Assembly: GCA_052033585.1 (NCBI GenBank)
Contig: JBPOJM010000007.1
Span: 9,187 to 73,186 of the forward strand
Reading direction: 5' to 3'
DNA from: Patescibacteria group bacterium
GTDB lineage: Bacteria; Patescibacteriota; Patescibacteriia; 2-12-FULL-60-25
DNA length: 64,000 bases
The notes beneath the pieces are model-generated. The model did no database searches. It saw only the letters and a list, made by a program, of their open reading frames with translations, and had not been told where the DNA came from. This document shows, piece by piece, positions 62,510 to 64,000 of the stretch (the first letter of the stretch is position 1; each line of letters begins with the position of its first letter). The translations under genes and the position numbers were made by a program.

Positions 62510-63037
62510 TCAGTTGGGGAAGGGGGTGTCGGCGTTCGGCTGGGGCCAGTCGAGCTCACCCAGGATGATCTCGTCGCCGAGCAGGCTCGAACGCAGCTTG
62601 AAGATCACGCCCATGGCCTGCATGTCCAGGCCGAAGGTCAGGACTTCGCAGTACGCCGGCGACGGCGTGTCTCTGAGATCCTGCGTGTGGTCCGAGGTCT
62701 CCTTCTGGAACGCGCCTGCGACGAAGTTCGCGAAGGCGAGGAGTTCGACCGCGTCGTCGCTGTAGATGAGTAGATCGCACGCGGTCTCCCGCGTCACGAT
62801 TTCCTCCATCCTGGCGAGACGGGAGGCATCATCACCCCCCATCCCCTCCAGGCCGTAGGGCTGCAGGGGAGACACTCGCTCGAGGTCGCCTCCGGCCGCC
62901 ACCATGGCCTTCGCCCCATCTTCAGCGAGAACGAAGTGGATGTCCTTCAGGTGGAGGGTGAGAAAATCGACAATTTTCGGAATCAAGGCGGTCTCCTTTG
63001 TGATGGCCACATTGGCCGTTGAAGCACGTGAGCTCAT
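62510..63037 (-). CDS. cassette protein P2 (paralog of P1 and probably P3), function unknown
   Basis: Track ORF 62510..63043. The ATG at 63037 corresponds to the conserved leader ATG. 'ACDLLIYSDDAVELLAFANFVAGAF' aligns with P1 'ACVVIYDTHLVKLAEFAQYVAAS'. Confidence 0.65.
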   Translation of the reverse strand: MSSRASTANVAITKETALIPKIVDFLTLHLKDIHFVLAEDGAKAMVAAGGDLERVSPLQPYGLEGMGGDDASRLARMEEIVTRETACDLLIYSDDAVELLAFANFVAGAFQKETSDHTQDLRDTPSPAYCEVLTFGLDMQAMGVIFKLRSSLLGDEIILGELDWPQPNADTPFPN

Positions 63038-63133
63038 GCTCACCCCTTCACATTCCTCTTTCGAGAAACACGCAGGGGAGAGAAGGACAGCGTAACAGCA
63101 TGTCCTTGAGAGAGGTGAGGCAGGTCGTATGCA
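63038..63133 (-). promoter_or_regulatory. cassette leader copy L2
   Basis: The minus strand reads ...caaggacatgctgttacgctgtccttctctcccctgcgtgtttctcgaaagaggaatgtgaaggggtgagcATG. It fills the whole gap between the P1 stop and the P2 start. Confidence 0.65.
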
Positions 63134-63520
63134 TCATTCTGATAAGATAGCGGTCTCGATTTGGAGCTTCGCCTGGCCATCGCAGAGCATCAGCGCGAGC
63201 ACGCTGAACGGCCCCAGCTCCAGCGGCTGCCCCGTACTGTCCGACGCGCAGCAGCTCGCGGCCACGTACTGCGCGAATTCTGCGAGCTTCACGAGGTGCG
63301 TATCGTAGATCACGACACAGGCCCCGTCAGAAGCGGGGAGCAGCCGCTCCAACTCCATCAGGGCGGCGGCGTGATCAGCCCCCATGCGGGTCAGCGGATA
63401 AGGCCGCACCTCCCAGAGATTTTGCTCGTGCCACCAGAGTACTTCCATGACCTGATCGGCGGTATCGACCGCCAAGAACCAGAGCCCGGGGCCTTTGGCA
63501 AGATAGTCGCGGATGTTCAT
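63134..63520 (-). CDS. cassette protein P1, function unknown
   Basis: Track ORF of 128 aa with SD ggaggaagggg. It aligns with P2 over about 90 aa (NIRDYL/KIVDFL ... LWEVRPYPL/LERVSPLQP ...). Confidence 0.65.
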   Translation of the reverse strand: MNIRDYLAKGPGLWFLAVDTADQVMEVLWWHEQNLWEVRPYPLTRMGADHAAALMELERLLPASDGACVVIYDTHLVKLAEFAQYVAASCCASDSTGQPLELGPFSVLALMLCDGQAKLQIETAILSE

Positions 63521-63665
63521 GATCCCCTTCCTCCATTGTTGTGGCCACGTAGGCCGTTGATGTTGGTAAGCTCATGCTCACCCCTTCATATTCCTCTTTC
63601 GAGAAACACGCAGGGGAGAGAAGGACAGCGTAACAGCATGTCCTTGTCAGAGGGGAGGAAGTCGG
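63521..63665 (-). promoter_or_regulatory. cassette leader copy L3 plus out-of-frame remnant of the conserved N-terminal codons
   Basis: Same leader as L2. The conserved ATG (63578-63576) opens 'MSLPTSTAYVATTMEEGD', homologous to the P2 N-terminus 'MSSRASTANVAITKE' but in a different frame from P1. Confidence 0.6.
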
Positions 63666-64000
63666 TCACCGGGAGCTGAGCTCGAGGGCGCCGTCCTTGA
63701 GGCGCAGGTACCACGCCTGACCCCGGCGCATCGGCTCCTCGCGCGTGGGGCTGTTCGCGGTCATGTCGTAGCCGAACGTCTTGGCCATGTCAGCGATGGC
63801 CCAGATCAGCTCGTGGAGCTGCTTGGGATCGCTGTGGTACACGAGGGTGCGTTCGTGCAGCGAGCTTGCTGCCGGTGCACGTGCAGTGAGCGTTCCGGCC
63901 AGCCCCTCCGTTCCGAGGAACGCGACTGTGCAGCTCTGCGGCGTGCCCGTTACCGCGATGAAGGTGCTGAGGGCGCGGCCAAGCGGGTCGGTCACGAGGA
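63666..64000 (-). CDS. cassette protein P3 (5' end possibly beyond the window)
   Basis: Track ORF 63666..63995 with a GTG start. 'RTLVYHSDPKQLHELIWAIADMA' resembles the P1/P2 'C..IY....V.L.EF..YVA' block. The frame is open to the window edge. Confidence 0.5.
   Translation of the reverse strand, partial: LVTDPLGRALSTFIAVTGTPQSCTVAFLGTEGLAGTLTARAPAASSLHERTLVYHSDPKQLHELIWAIADMAKTFGYDMTANSPTREEPMRRGQAWYLRLKDGALELSSR

Noticed and set aside
62428-63665. The possibility that the cassette leaders are integron attC sites.
   Set aside because: The leaders are not imperfect palindromes with inverse core sites (RYYYAAC/GTTRRRY). They contain an SD and start codon and are directional. No intI-like gene is visible in the window.

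Overview
Hand analysis only, with no searches or computations; coordinates of non-ORF features are good to a few nt.

The window looks like the replication-origin region of a small-genome bacterium. The gene content and giant surface proteins suggest a Patescibacteria/CPR-like organism, but that is inference.

**Core genes**
- Origin and replication: the divergent pair dnaA-dnaN (-) and rpmH-rnpA-yidD (+), with two perfect DnaA boxes between dnaA and rpmH. Also polA, holA-like and recA.
- Translation and RNA: leuS (3'-truncated at the window edge, absent from the ORF track), rpsO, pnp, rpsT, tig, ychF, and four tRNAs (Ala-GGC, Ala-CGC, Arg-CCU, Cys-GCA).
- Envelope and division: PBP1A, ftsK, lspA, a LysM/M23 peptidase and a short comEC.
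- Other: nfo, yifB/comM and a vapBC pair.

**Features beyond ordinary annotation**
1. Twelve perfect parS sites (TGTTTCACGTGAAACA) lie within about 1.25 kb at 24.84-26.09 kb, interleaved with two tRNA genes and about 14 kb from dnaA.
2. Three copies of a foldback element (27.8, 33.0 and 42.3 kb) share conserved outer flanks and a roughly 95-99 nt conserved core. Each has its own near-perfect 32-34 bp inverted repeats, and the core is inverted in one copy.
3. A tandem array of diverged paralogous small genes at 62.4-64.0 kb has a conserved, apparently SD-sequestering leader before each gene.
4. LeuRS carries two in-frame foreign-looking modules, one Ham1/ITPase-like and one alpha/beta-hydrolase-like.
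5. At least seven islets that look more G+C-rich by eye hold orphan small ORFs between housekeeping genes. Several have their own TTGACA-type promoters, structured leaders and intrinsic terminators.
6. A 10.5 kb minus-strand operon encodes surface proteins. It includes WxL-like and DUF916/DUF3324-like proteins, two proteins of about 1000 aa, and an O-antigen-ligase/TPR protein.
7. A REP-like repeat family shows compensatory stem changes between copies.

Many track ORFs are antisense or out-of-frame shadows of real genes and were not called.
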